In this document: positions 17,727-27,776 of the stretch, one piece after another
Position numbering within the stretch: position 1 is the stretch's first letter
Layout of the letters: every line of letters begins with the position of its first letter
The notes under the pieces: generated by a model
The model's input: the letters and a program-made list of their open reading frames with translations, nothing else
Database searches by the model: none
What the model was told of the DNA's origin: nothing
Source of the DNA: Solobacterium sp.
Lineage (GTDB): Bacteria; Bacillota_I; Bacilli_A; Erysipelotrichales; Erysipelotrichaceae
Reading direction: 5' to 3'
DNA: 64,000 nt
Assembly: GCA_017469885.1 (NCBI GenBank)
Contig: JAFUFO010000036.1
Span: 89,991 to 153,990, forward strand
Position numbers and translations under genes: made by a program

Positions 17727-18403
17727 CAGATCTTATTGCCTCCATAGGAATTGAGTTTCTTTTCGCCGAATGCCTGTATCCGTGTCAGTACGGTCGAAAA
17801 GATCAGATAAATCAGTGCCAGTTCAAGATACAGCGCCATGAACTGATAGGTACGTCCGCTGATCCGCTGGGTCACAAAGAACATCTCCGCAACCGTGATA
17901 TTCGCCGCAAGGCTGGTATCCTTGACCATTCCGATAAGCGAGTTGAACAGCGGCGGGAAAGCGGTGCGGAATGCCTGCGGCAGAACAATGCGGCGCATGA
18001 TCTGAAGATAGTTCATTCCCACACAATAGCCGGCTTCCATCTGTCCGGAAGGCACCGATTCAATCGCAGCACGCATGGTTTCCGCGCAGTACGCCCCTTC
18101 ATTGACCGCAAATACCGCGACCGCAGAAGGAAATGCGGCGACCTTGATGCCGATGCTCGGAAGTCCGAAGAATACGACATACAGTTGTACCAGCAGCGGT
18201 GTGCCGCGGATCACCCAGATATAAAAGCGGGCGATCTGCTTTAATACCGGAATATTGGCATACTGCACCATCGCTGTGATAATCGCAATGACCATCGCGA
18301 TTGAAAATGCGATCACCGTCAGCGGGATCGTAACGGTAAGACCCGGCAGAAGGATCTTCCAGAATGAATCTATTAATAATCGAATAATATCCTGTGCTGT
18401 CAT
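17726..18403 (-). CDS. Amino acid ABC transporter permease
   Basis: IRGTPLLVQL, GAYCAETMR, GQMEAG, KDTSL. Confidence 0.93.
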   Translation of the reverse strand: MTAQDIIRLLIDSFWKILLPGLTVTIPLTVIAFSIAMVIAIITAMVQYANIPVLKQIARFYIWVIRGTPLLVQLYVVFFGLPSIGIKVAAFPSAVAVFAVNEGAYCAETMRAAIESVPSGQMEAGYCVGMNYLQIMRRIVLPQAFRTAFPPLFNSLIGMVKDTSLAANITVAEMFFVTQRISGRTYQFMALYLELALIYLIFSTVLTRIQAFGEKKLNSYGGNKI

Positions 18404-18524
18404 AATGTTTTCTTTATCCAGGTGATTATATTACAGGAATCACTGCGGTTTGTCTGCGGTTTTGCCTGAAAAAGCGCCTGCCTGCGCAGACGCCTTGTGG
18501 TTAATACAATTGATTAATGCGGTC

Positions 18525-19394
18525 TCAGAATGCAGAACCGGTCAGAAGTTCGTAGGCTTCCTTGTACTTCTCAATCGTCTTGTCGATGACATCCTGCGGA
18601 AGTGTATAACCGCTGTCCGGGTTAGCCTTCAGCCAGTCACGCACGAACTGCTTGTCATAACTCGGCTGGCTCTTGCCCGGCTCATAACCGGCAAGCGGCC
18701 AGAACCGGCTGGAATCCGGTGTAAGCATCTCATCACCGATCACGACATTGCCGTTTTCATCCAGGCCGAACTCAAACTTCGTATCCGCAATGATGATTCC
18801 GCGGGACAGTGCATAGTCTGCACACTTCTTATACAGTGCGATGGACGCATCCCGGATGGCTTCTGCGTAACGCCTGCCGTTTCCAGGGAACTTCTTTTCC
18901 AGCACTTCGATGGAACGCTCAAACGAGATGTTTTCGTCATGGTCACCCAGTTCTGCCTTTGTGCTCGGGGTATAGAGCGGTTCCGGCAGTTTCTCACATT
19001 CCTTCAGGCCTTCCGGCAGCTTGATGCCGCAGACCGTGCCATCTTTCTGATAACTTGCCCATCCGCTTCCGGTAATGTAGCCGCGGACGATACATTCAAT
19101 CGGAATCATGGTCAGTTTCTGACATTTCATGGAGCGTCCCGCAAACCAGTCCGTCCGGAAGAACTCCGGCATATCGGCAGTATCCACAGAAAGCATATGG
19201 TTCGGAAGAATGTCCTTCGTAAAGTCAAACCAGAAACGGGACATTCCCGTCAGGATTCTTCCCTTGTCTGTGACCTGATTGTTCAGAATCACATCGAACG
19301 CGCTGATCCGGTCACTTGCGACCATGATCAGAGTATCGCCATCATCGTAAATTTCTCTTACTTTTCCGCTGGCAACAGGCTGGTATTCTTTCAT
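18525..19394 (-). CDS. purC: SAICAR synthetase
   Basis: SGKVREIY, SDRISAFD, DTKFEFG, TPDSSRFW, YDKQFVRDWL; SD GGAGG. Confidence 0.95.
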   Translation of the reverse strand: MKEYQPVASGKVREIYDDGDTLIMVASDRISAFDVILNNQVTDKGRILTGMSRFWFDFTKDILPNHMLSVDTADMPEFFRTDWFAGRSMKCQKLTMIPIECIVRGYITGSGWASYQKDGTVCGIKLPEGLKECEKLPEPLYTPSTKAELGDHDENISFERSIEVLEKKFPGNGRRYAEAIRDASIALYKKCADYALSRGIIIADTKFEFGLDENGNVVIGDEMLTPDSSRFWPLAGYEPGKSQPSYDKQFVRDWLKANPDSGYTLPQDVIDKTIEKYKEAYELLTGSAF

Positions 19395-19428
19395 CTTCAA
19401 TTTCCTCCACGCGATATAATAGCACGCT

Positions 19429-20382
19429 CTAGAACAACAGACGCAATTTTTCATCCAGCAGATGAATTGTCACATCAGACGAAAGCCCCCGGACCTCCCC
19501 GTCTGTATGCACAAAGACCGGTTTCTCCGTCTGAAACCGGAATTCCGGTTCCCGCAGTTCGACCGCATAACGGGTTTCAAACTGTGTTCCCTTATATGCT
19601 TTCGGAAACATCCGGAAAAAGGAAGATACCGTCACATCATTCACCACACAGAGATCCAGGATCCCGTCATCGTGCTTTGCGTGCGGCCCGAACATGAAAC
19701 CGCCGCCTTCATAGCGATGATTCATAACCGCACAGAACACACATTGTTCAAACCGCTGCTTTAATTCTCCTGCCGTAACCTCACAGGCAACCGGATGCAT
19801 ACCGAAGATCGTGCGAATGGCTTCCGCAATATAAATCAGCTTTCCAAGATGGATCCGGTTCAGTTTTTCCTTCCAGGGAGACTGTTCTACCCGAAAACAG
19901 ATTTCCGCATCCCAGCCAAGACCGGCGCTGATATTGAAACGGAACCGATGTTCTTCCGGGACTGTGCGGCTTCTTTCATCTCCTGCGTCCGCATAATCAT
20001 GCATGATCACTTCGCCGACATCAATCCGGCGCACTTCCGTGCCCTGCTTGATCCGGGCAACCTGTTCATGGACGGTTGGCGCTGTGCCGACATCCTTTGC
20101 AAGATCATTTGCCGAGCCGCAGGAAAGAAAGCCGAGCTTCACCATCGAAAAATCCGCGATGCCGTTGACGGCTTCGTTCATGGATCCATCCCCGCCGACC
20201 ACCACCAGATTGACTTCCTGTCCCCGGGAAGTCAGTTCATATACAATCTCCCGGATCCCATGATCAAGCGATGAATAATGGACGGCATAGGCGACATCCT
20301 CAAATTCCGGCTCAACTGATTTCCAGAACTGTGCGGCCTTTCCGCCTCCGCCCGCCGGGTTGATGACAATATCAAAGTTCAT
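19429..20382 (-). CDS. Diacylglycerol/lipid kinase family (YegS/DgkB-like)
   Basis: NPAGG, VGGDGSMNE, GSANDL, HTDGE. Confidence 0.88.
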   Translation of the reverse strand: MNFDIVINPAGGGGKAAQFWKSVEPEFEDVAYAVHYSSLDHGIREIVYELTSRGQEVNLVVVGGDGSMNEAVNGIADFSMVKLGFLSCGSANDLAKDVGTAPTVHEQVARIKQGTEVRRIDVGEVIMHDYADAGDERSRTVPEEHRFRFNISAGLGWDAEICFRVEQSPWKEKLNRIHLGKLIYIAEAIRTIFGMHPVACEVTAGELKQRFEQCVFCAVMNHRYEGGGFMFGPHAKHDDGILDLCVVNDVTVSSFFRMFPKAYKGTQFETRYAVELREPEFRFQTEKPVFVHTDGEVRGLSSDVTIHLLDEKLRLLF

Positions 20383-20951
20383 TTTTTGATCAGTGCAGCG
20401 CCGCAGGCAAACGCGTCTCCGACCGCCTCTCCGATAACACGATACTTGTTTGCGGAACTGTCAAAGCAGATTGCTCTGAGCTTGCCGAGGTCCACCTCTC
20501 CATCGGTAAGGATCGACTCATCCGCAGTCATGTTTACGACTTCACCGATCAGGATATAGCCGTTGGTATCATCCTGCAGTTCCTTAACCCGGCACTCCAG
20601 TGTCAATGGATACTGATCGATGATCGGCGCATCCACGACCTCACTCTTTGTGACGGTAAAACCGGCAGCTTCGATCTTGTTTACCTTGCGGCCGGATTCG
20701 ATTCCGAAGTAGTCGGACTCAATGACCGTATCCGCCGTCGCAAAGCTGACGGTGAAGGCCTGTTTTAACAGGAGATTGTCCGTCGTCTTATGCCGGGAAA
20801 GACTCACAAAGATCTCGTTGACGTCATACTGTCCGCCCCATGCGGCATTCATCGCATTCGGGACGCCGTTTTCGTCATACGTCGCAAGAATCAGTACCGG
20901 CAGCGGTGTAATGATGGTTTTCTGTCCAAAGCTTTTCTTCATATGTTCCAA
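20379..20951 (-). CDS. Flavin reductase-like FMN-binding protein
   Basis: NAMNAAWGG, SDYFGIESG, APIIDQYPLTLEC. Confidence 0.85.
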   Translation of the reverse strand: MEHMKKSFGQKTIITPLPVLILATYDENGVPNAMNAAWGGQYDVNEIFVSLSRHKTTDNLLLKQAFTVSFATADTVIESDYFGIESGRKVNKIEAAGFTVTKSEVVDAPIIDQYPLTLECRVKELQDDTNGYILIGEVVNMTADESILTDGEVDLGKLRAICFDSSANKYRVIGEAVGDAFACGAALIKK

Positions 20952-20998
20952 TCCTCCAGAATTATATGGAAACGCACTGATGCGCTGTGATGACTTTC

Positions 20999-22408
20999 TC
21001 AGACCGGACGGGTGCGGAATTCAAGATGTTCCATCGGCTCTTCTGCGTCCGCCGGAATGTAAACCGCATCGATCCACTGCCTGTGCGTACGGTCATAGAC
21101 CGCGGCGATCACACCTTCGTCTTTCCAGACCGGATCGACCGTCAGATTGATCGCAAAGGAGCGGTCTGAAAAGGAAATGCTTATATCTGTATCATAAACG
21201 TTCGCAGCACCTTCCGGCGACAAAGAAACTTCCGCTAGCGCATCATTTTCAATCAGCCAGGCTCCTTCCTGCTTTGGAAGTTCCTGATTCACAAGATCAT
21301 TCAATGCATGTTCTCTGCCGGATGAATTTCCGTAACGGACCAGAAGCACGCTGTAATTCTGAAGTCTGATTTCTTCTGCCATCTCCCTGGGTGTTTCCAA
21401 GAGACGCAGATAGCCGGCTGCCCGTTTCTGCGCATAGGATTCCCAGCTGCTGTACTGTTCCTCCCCACGGTGATCAGGAAGCTCGTAATGGGAATGAAGG
21501 TACTCCGCCAGATACGCTCCGGTCTTGCGGGCACCGGTCATATTCAGATGGGAGTCGTCATAGGAGATATCGGAAGGAAGAATCTCGACTTCCGGGATCC
21601 GGTTCATATTGAGGAACGGCGTGCCCGTTTCCGCACAGATATCAGAGATCGTATTGTAATACCCCTGTTCTGCGGCACAGTCCACGGTCGGTGTCACCAT
21701 CAGAACCAGCGGGATATTCCGTTCTCCACAGAGGGCAATGATTTTACGAAGCCACGTTTCCTGTTTGACGGAAAGCGGAAGACGCTCCTCAGTGTCTGCC
21801 GGGGTAAAATTCACATTGTCATGGGTACCGTAAATCGCAAAGCTTCCCTTTTCATCTACGGAATCCCTGGACCATGGATAGTAGATAAAATCATCCTTTG
21901 CCAGTTCAGAGAACCGGTCATGATAGATCGGCAGGCCGAGGAACAGCTCGCCCCACCGCTCCTTCGGGGCAGAGACCATGATGTTCTCCAGCATGTTGCG
22001 GCTGAGCTTCAGTCCGAGCGTGTTGGTCGCCTGACGTGCCTCATCACTGTATTCCTCTTCCATCAGAGCCCCGTATACATCCAGCATGACGACCTTTGGC
22101 TGCTGGGTTTTAAACGCTTCAATCAGGAAATGATACGTATTCCACATCGGCTGACTTGAGCCCCACAGCTGATAAAAGCTGATGCCGTAGCGGTTCCAGA
22201 GTTCCTCTGCGGCGATGTTGTAGCTGCTGTGGGAGCTACCCGCAAACAGCACATCGACGGAATTTTCCGGCTGTTCATAGTAGATCTTCATGGACGTGAT
22301 GCCGTCATCGCGCTTCATGACAAGCGTATCCCGCACCAGAAGCCACAGGAAAAATGCCGCAAGCAGAAATCCGATCACTTTTATAATTCGCCCAGTTTTT
22401 ATCCGCAT
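20999..22408 (-). CDS. Membrane-anchored SGNH-fold protein (DltD/AlgJ/PatB-like partner of MBOAT)
   Basis: N-terminal TM; block I GSSH, block V DDSH; directly downstream of the MBOAT gene. Confidence 0.7.
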   Translation of the reverse strand: MRIKTGRIIKVIGFLLAAFFLWLLVRDTLVMKRDDGITSMKIYYEQPENSVDVLFAGSSHSSYNIAAEELWNRYGISFYQLWGSSQPMWNTYHFLIEAFKTQQPKVVMLDVYGALMEEEYSDEARQATNTLGLKLSRNMLENIMVSAPKERWGELFLGLPIYHDRFSELAKDDFIYYPWSRDSVDEKGSFAIYGTHDNVNFTPADTEERLPLSVKQETWLRKIIALCGERNIPLVLMVTPTVDCAAEQGYYNTISDICAETGTPFLNMNRIPEVEILPSDISYDDSHLNMTGARKTGAYLAEYLHSHYELPDHRGEEQYSSWESYAQKRAAGYLRLLETPREMAEEIRLQNYSVLLVRYGNSSGREHALNDLVNQELPKQEGAWLIENDALAEVSLSPEGAANVYDTDISISFSDRSFAINLTVDPVWKDEGVIAAVYDRTHRQWIDAVYIPADAEEPMEHLEFRTRPV

Positions 22409-22415
22409 AGTTCCC

Positions 22416-23828
22416 TCAGAAGTTTGCATAAATAAAGTTCGCCGCATTATAAGACGGCCCGTATACACCGGCAATCAGCACCGCAAACAGCAGAATCAGA
22501 ATCAGTGCCCAGCGCACCGGCAGTGCTTCTTCCAGTACATCTTCCGCACGCGTTCCCTGTTCACGGAAATGGGAGACAACCCCCATGGCAATAATCGCAA
22601 GAATGACAACGCGGAAATGAATCTCATCGAGAGTCAGCTGGAACAGCGTCCCGTCAAAGAAGACATGTACATTGAAGGAATGAAACATCTGCGCAAGGAA
22701 GCCTGCCGCAGACGGTACATCCTTGGCCCGGAAGAATACCCAGGCAATGGTCACCAGCGCAAAGATCCAGATGCGGCGAAGCAGTGTCCAACCATGCCTG
22801 GATGTATCGACACCAAGCTTCTTCCAGAGTCTGGTCCGTAAGGATGCCGTAAGCTCTTCAACAATCCGGTAGAAGCCATGAAGCAGGCCCCAGACCGCAA
22901 ACTGCAGACCGGTTCCATGCCACAGTGCACTGACGATAAAGATGATCAGGATATTGATGTATTTGCGGGCAGTGCCTTTGCGGTTTCCCCCAAGCGGAAA
23001 ATAGATATATTCCGTCAGCCAGGATGTCAGTGACATATGCCAGCGTTTCCAGAAATCGGAAATGGATACCGCAAAATACGGCTGGCGGAAATTATCGCGC
23101 AGCCGGTAGCCGAACAGCCTGGCAATCCCGCTCACCATGCAGGTATAACCGAAGAAATCGCAGTAGATTTCGATGGAATAAAGAACTGCGGCAGTCAGTA
23201 CCACCGCGCCTTCGTAGCCGGAATAGTATTCAAAGACCGGTGACGTAAATAACGCGATCCGATCGGCAATTACCATTTTCAGAAATGCGCCGTAGAGAAA
23301 GATGAGACAGCCGCTGACCGCATCCCTGTACGTAATTGATTTTGAAGATCTGATATCCGGAAGAAACTGATAGCTTTTCTGAATCGGACCGGAGACGATC
23401 GTCGGAAAGAACGAAACATACAGCGCATAATCAATCAGATTGTTCTCCGGCTGGGTTTTGCCGTTGGCAATATCAAACAGATAGGAAGTACTCTGCAGGG
23501 AGTAAAACGACAGTCCGACAGGCATCAGAAGATACCACATGCCAAGCATCGTTTTTCCGTATTTGAAAAACAGCAGCGGCAGAAGATTTATGATAACAAA
23601 CGGAATCAGAGCCCTGCGGTTTTTCGCAATCTGTTTTCCGCCGAACCATGAGAACAGGATTCCCGCAAGCAGTACGAGCACATACCGTTTGGAAAAGGAG
23701 GCATAAAACACAAAACTGCCGGTCAGCAGAACTGCATTCTGCACAACCGGCCGACGGTAAAAAAGCCAGTATATGACCAGCAGGATGGGAAGAAAAACAA
23801 GTAAAAACGGAGCTCCGGTATAAGACAT
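22416..23828 (-). CDS. MBOAT family O-acyltransferase (AlgI/DltB/PatA-like)
   Basis: PVGLSFY, YCDFFGY, FWKRWHMSL, ALWHG, C-terminal FIYANF. Confidence 0.92.
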   Translation of the reverse strand: MSYTGAPFLLVFLPILLVIYWLFYRRPVVQNAVLLTGSFVFYASFSKRYVLVLLAGILFSWFGGKQIAKNRRALIPFVIINLLPLLFFKYGKTMLGMWYLLMPVGLSFYSLQSTSYLFDIANGKTQPENNLIDYALYVSFFPTIVSGPIQKSYQFLPDIRSSKSITYRDAVSGCLIFLYGAFLKMVIADRIALFTSPVFEYYSGYEGAVVLTAAVLYSIEIYCDFFGYTCMVSGIARLFGYRLRDNFRQPYFAVSISDFWKRWHMSLTSWLTEYIYFPLGGNRKGTARKYINILIIFIVSALWHGTGLQFAVWGLLHGFYRIVEELTASLRTRLWKKLGVDTSRHGWTLLRRIWIFALVTIAWVFFRAKDVPSAAGFLAQMFHSFNVHVFFDGTLFQLTLDEIHFRVVILAIIAMGVVSHFREQGTRAEDVLEEALPVRWALILILLFAVLIAGVYGPSYNAANFIYANF

Positions 23829-23868
23829 CAGAACCTATTATAAACTACCCTTCCAGTACACGCATGAC

Positions 23869-24360
23869 TCACTCGCGGGAGCCAAGCTGCTTTGCGACGC
23901 GATCGAGAATCGGTTCCGGCACCAGTTCAGAAATATCACCGTGATTGAGACCGATTTCCTTTACCACACTGGAACTCAGGAAGGAATACTGCGGCCGGGC
24001 AATCAGCAGCAGTGTTTCCACACTGTCATTGAGATACATGTTCGCAGTCGCCTGCATAAGTTCATATTCATAATCCGAAACCGCACGGATGCCTCGGATG
24101 ATTGCGGATGCGCCGATCGATGCGGCATATTCCACGGTCAGTCCGCTTCCGATCATTACCTTGATCTTGTGGGAAAGCGGAAGATTCGCAACGGATTCTT
24201 CAATGAACTGTTTCCGCTCCTCTTCTGTAAACAGACACTTCTTTGCGGCGTTATGCATGATCAGCACAACCACCTCATCAAACATCTCAGATGCACGTTC
24301 AATAATGTCGATGTGACCGTTGGTAATCGGATCAAATGTTCCGGGATAGCAAGCCTTCAT
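23869..24360 (-). CDS. coaD: Phosphopantetheine adenylyltransferase
   Basis: YPGTFDPITNGH, RGIRAVSDYEYE, SSSVVKE. Confidence 0.95.
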   Translation of the reverse strand: MKACYPGTFDPITNGHIDIIERASEMFDEVVVLIMHNAAKKCLFTEEERKQFIEESVANLPLSHKIKVMIGSGLTVEYAASIGASAIIRGIRAVSDYEYELMQATANMYLNDSVETLLLIARPQYSFLSSSVVKEIGLNHGDISELVPEPILDRVAKQLGSRE

Positions 24361-24412
24361 GATTTTTTCTCCTGTATTTGCTGTTTTGTCCGCAGTTTTC
24401 TTGTATGCAGAT

Positions 24413-24430
24413 ATGTGAATATGTTAACAT
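24413..24430. promoter_or_regulatory. Putative Rex operator upstream of ptb-buk-thl
   Basis: ATGTGAA-TATG-TTAACAT versus Rex consensus TTGT(G/T)AA-N4-TT(C/A)ACAA. Confidence 0.6.
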
Positions 24431-24474
24431 ATTGTACGGTTATATAGATATATTATGGGAGGAAATATATATTT

Positions 24475-25404
24475 ATGAGCAAATCATTCGATGATCTTCT
24501 CGCCAAGGTCAGACAGTGCAGTAAGAAGACATTATCCGTCGCATGTGCACAGGATGAGGCTGTCCTTGAGGCAGTCAGTGAAGCACACCAGCTTGGTATC
24601 GTGGATGCGATCCTGGTCGGTGATGAAGCAAAAATCCGTGAACTGTGCGGAACACTCGGCATCAACGCCAATGACTACAGAATCATCAATGAACCTGATA
24701 ATGTCACCGCAAGCCTCACAGCGGTAAAGTTCGTCCATGACGGCGAAGCCGACATGTACATGAAGGGACTCCTGAACACAAAGGACTTCCTGAAGAGCGT
24801 TCTGAACAAGGAAGTCGGTCTGCGTACCGGAAAAGCCCTCTCGCATGTATGCGTATTTGAAATCCCGGGTATCGATCATCTTCTGTTCCTGAGTGATGTC
24901 GCCTTCATGCCCTATCCTACGCTCGAAGACAAAAAGGCAATCATCAACTATACGGTTGATGTCGCACATGCCTGCGGCGTTGAAAAACCTCATGTTGCGC
25001 CGCTTGCGGCAGTTGAAGTTGTCAATCCGAAGATGCAGGTCACGGTTGATGCGGAAGAACTCCGCAAAGCATATGAGGCCGGCGAATTCGGTGATGACTG
25101 TGTCGTTGACGGACCACTGTCCCTGGATATCGCGCTGTATGATGAGGCAGCCGCTGAAAAAGGCGCGCAGGATCGTCCGTGTGCAGGAAAAGCCGACATT
25201 CTGGTATTCCCGGACATTCATGCAGGAAATCTTGTTTACAAGGCAATCGTTCACATGGTTCCCGGAATCAAGAACGGCAACTGCCTCACCGGCACAAAGG
25301 CACCGGTTATCCTCACCAGCCGCAGTGACACCAAGGAAGTCAAAGTCAATTCCATTGCCCTCGCAGCGGTCATTTCCGAAAGCATGAAATCCGTAAACGG
25401 ATAA
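24475..25404 (+). CDS. ptb: Phosphate butyryltransferase
   Basis: MKGLLNT, PHVAPLAAVEVVNPKM, DGPLSLDIA, VILTSRSD; upstream of buk. Confidence 0.92.
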   Translation: MSKSFDDLLAKVRQCSKKTLSVACAQDEAVLEAVSEAHQLGIVDAILVGDEAKIRELCGTLGINANDYRIINEPDNVTASLTAVKFVHDGEADMYMKGLLNTKDFLKSVLNKEVGLRTGKALSHVCVFEIPGIDHLLFLSDVAFMPYPTLEDKKAIINYTVDVAHACGVEKPHVAPLAAVEVVNPKMQVTVDAEELRKAYEAGEFGDDCVVDGPLSLDIALYDEAAAEKGAQDRPCAGKADILVFPDIHAGNLVYKAIVHMVPGIKNGNCLTGTKAPVILTSRSDTKEVKVNSIALAAVISESMKSVNG

Positions 25405-25416
25405 GGAGATATACGT

Positions 25417-26499
25417 ATGACATTCAATATTCTGGCTATCAACCCCGGTTCCACCTCCACAAAGATCGCGTTATTCGAAAACGATCAGAAGGTTTCGGAA
25501 ACAGTCCTCGAACATCCTTCCAGTGAAATGGCAAAGTTCCCCAAAACCATCGATCAGCTGGACTTCCGCTACAACGTAATCATGAACTACCTGAAGGAAC
25601 AGAATTACGATGTAAACAAGCTTGACGCATGTGTCGGCCGCGGCGGATACCTCCATCCAATCGAGGCAGGAACCTACCTCGTCAACGATGCGATTGTTCA
25701 CGATCTGACCATCGCCCTGCATGGTGACCATGCGGCAAACCTCGGCGGCCTGCTCGCAAAGAAGATCGCAGATCCCCTGGGAAAGCCGTCCTATATCGTT
25801 GACCCGACAGCGGTTGATGAAATCACACCGGTAGCCCGTATCTCCGGTATGTCTGATATTTCCAGACGTTCCCTCATCCATGCACTGAATATCCGTGCCG
25901 TTACCCGTGAATATGCAAAGTCCGTGGGCAAGAAGTTTGATGAGGTCACCTGTGTCGTCGCACATATGGGCGGCGGATGCACGACCGTTATCATCAAGGA
26001 AGGAAAGTGCATCGACATGTACAACGGCCTGGATGGCGACGGTGCGTTCTCACCTACCCGTTCCGGTGCTGTTCCGGTCGGTGATCTGATCCGCCTCTGC
26101 TATTCCGGCAAGTATCCGACAGTCGATGCCATGATGAAGCGTGCAGTCGGTGATGCAGGCCTTGTGGCATATCTTGGCACAGCGGATATGCGTGAAGTCA
26201 ACAAGATGGTCGAGAACGGCGATGAAAAGGCAAAGATCGTCCGTGAAGCATTCATCTATCAGCACGCAAAGGATATTGCGGCGCTGGCATCCGTCAACTT
26301 TGGCAAAGTTGACGCAATCCTTCTGACCGGCGGTATCGCCTATGACAAGGGCGTTGTCAAAGGTATTGAAGACCGCGTCGGCTGGATTGCTCCGGTCGTT
26401 GCGATTCCGGGTGAACGTGAGATGCAGGCTCTTGCGCTCGGTGCACTCCGCGTACTCGACGGCGAAGAAGAAGCCAAATTCTACGAAAACGAAGAATAA
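25417..26499 (+). CDS. buk: Butyrate kinase
   Basis: INPGSTSTK, HAANLGG, HALN, AHMGGG, LTGGIA, PGEREM. Confidence 0.94.
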   Translation: MTFNILAINPGSTSTKIALFENDQKVSETVLEHPSSEMAKFPKTIDQLDFRYNVIMNYLKEQNYDVNKLDACVGRGGYLHPIEAGTYLVNDAIVHDLTIALHGDHAANLGGLLAKKIADPLGKPSYIVDPTAVDEITPVARISGMSDISRRSLIHALNIRAVTREYAKSVGKKFDEVTCVVAHMGGGCTTVIIKEGKCIDMYNGLDGDGAFSPTRSGAVPVGDLIRLCYSGKYPTVDAMMKRAVGDAGLVAYLGTADMREVNKMVENGDEKAKIVREAFIYQHAKDIAALASVNFGKVDAILLTGGIAYDKGVVKGIEDRVGWIAPVVAIPGEREMQALALGALRVLDGEEEAKFYENEE

Positions 26500-26517
26500 T
26501 ACCAGGAGAAGAAAAGA

Positions 26518-27693
26518 ATGAGAAAAGTTGTTATCGCAAGCGCATGCCGTACTGCCATCGGCAAATTCGGCGGCACGCTCAAGGATGTCCCGGCTACGGA
26601 ACTCGGTACCATCGTCATCAAGGAAGCAATGAACCGTGCCGGAATCAAACCGGAAATGGTTGAAGAAGTATACATGGGCAATGTCATCCAGGCCGGCAAC
26701 GGTCAGAACCCTGCCCGTCAGTCCGCAGTCAATGCCGGCATTCCGGTTGAAGTACCTGCGACAACGATCAATGTCCTCTGCGGAAGCGGTCTGCACTGTG
26801 TCAACCTCGCCGCAAAGCTGATCGCGCTCGGTGACCGCGACATCGTCGTCGCCGGCGGTATGGAAAATATGGACCAGGCTCCCTACCTTCTTACCAAAGC
26901 CCGTTTCGGCTATCGTATGAATGCAGGTACTATGGAAGATGCGCTGATCCGCGACGGTCTCAATGACGCATTCCATAACTACCACATGGGCATCACCGCT
27001 GAGAATATCGCTGAACAGTGGCACCTCACCCGTGAGGAACTCGATGCCTTCTCCGTGGAATCCCAGGCCAAGGCAGAAAAAGCCATCAATGAAGGACGCT
27101 TCAAGGATGAAATCGTTCCGGTCACCATCAAGACACGCAAAGGCGACATCGTCTTTGACACCGATGAAGGAAACCGTCCGGGCACAACGATGGAAACCCT
27201 CGCAAAGCTGAAGCCGGCGTTCAAGAAAGACGGCGTTGTTACGGCAGGCAATGCCTCCGGTATCAATGACGGTGCAGCAGCGCTGGTCATCATGAGCGAA
27301 GAAAAAGCCAACGAACTTGGCATCAAGCCGCTTGCCTACTGGGTATACGGTGATCTTGCCGGTGTCGATCCTGCGATCATGGGTATCGGTCCGGTCGCGG
27401 CCACAAAGAAGATCCTCGCAAAGACCGGCTGGTCGATCGATGACTTCGACCTGATCGAGGCAAACGAAGCATTTGCGGCACAGTCTGTCGCAGTTGAGAA
27501 GGAACTCAAGTGGGATCATTCCAAGCTCAACGTCAACGGCGGCGGTATTGCGCTGGGTCATCCGGTCGGCTGTTCCGGTGCACGTATCCTTGTCACCCTG
27601 CTTTATGAGATGCAGAAGCGCGATGTCAAAAAAGGTCTTGCGACACTCTGCGTCGGCGGCGGCATGGGCTGCGCGGCAATCGTCGAGCGTTAA
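26518..27693 (+). CDS. thl: Acetyl-CoA C-acetyltransferase (thiolase), copy 1
   Basis: [28 protein letters not shown]. Confidence 0.95.
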   Translation: MRKVVIASACRTAIGKFGGTLKDVPATELGTIVIKEAMNRAGIKPEMVEEVYMGNVIQAGNGQNPARQSAVNAGIPVEVPATTINVLCGSGLHCVNLAAKLIALGDRDIVVAGGMENMDQAPYLLTKARFGYRMNAGTMEDALIRDGLNDAFHNYHMGITAENIAEQWHLTREELDAFSVESQAKAEKAINEGRFKDEIVPVTIKTRKGDIVFDTDEGNRPGTTMETLAKLKPAFKKDGVVTAGNASGINDGAAALVIMSEEKANELGIKPLAYWVYGDLAGVDPAIMGIGPVAATKKILAKTGWSIDDFDLIEANEAFAAQSVAVEKELKWDHSKLNVNGGGIALGHPVGCSGARILVTLLYEMQKRDVKKGLATLCVGGGMGCAAIVER

Positions 27694-27698
27694 TCAGC

Positions 27699-27758
27699 AA
27701 AACAGCTCTGTACGCAATGCATGGAATCACATGCATGTGTACAGAGCTTTTCTTTTTG
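27699..27758. terminator. Long bidirectional terminator between thl and pdxK
   Basis: AGCTCTGTAC...ATGCATG...CATGCAT...GTACAGAGCT followed by a T tract. Confidence 0.75.
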
Positions 27759-27776
27759 GTTGTTTTTCTTTATAAT

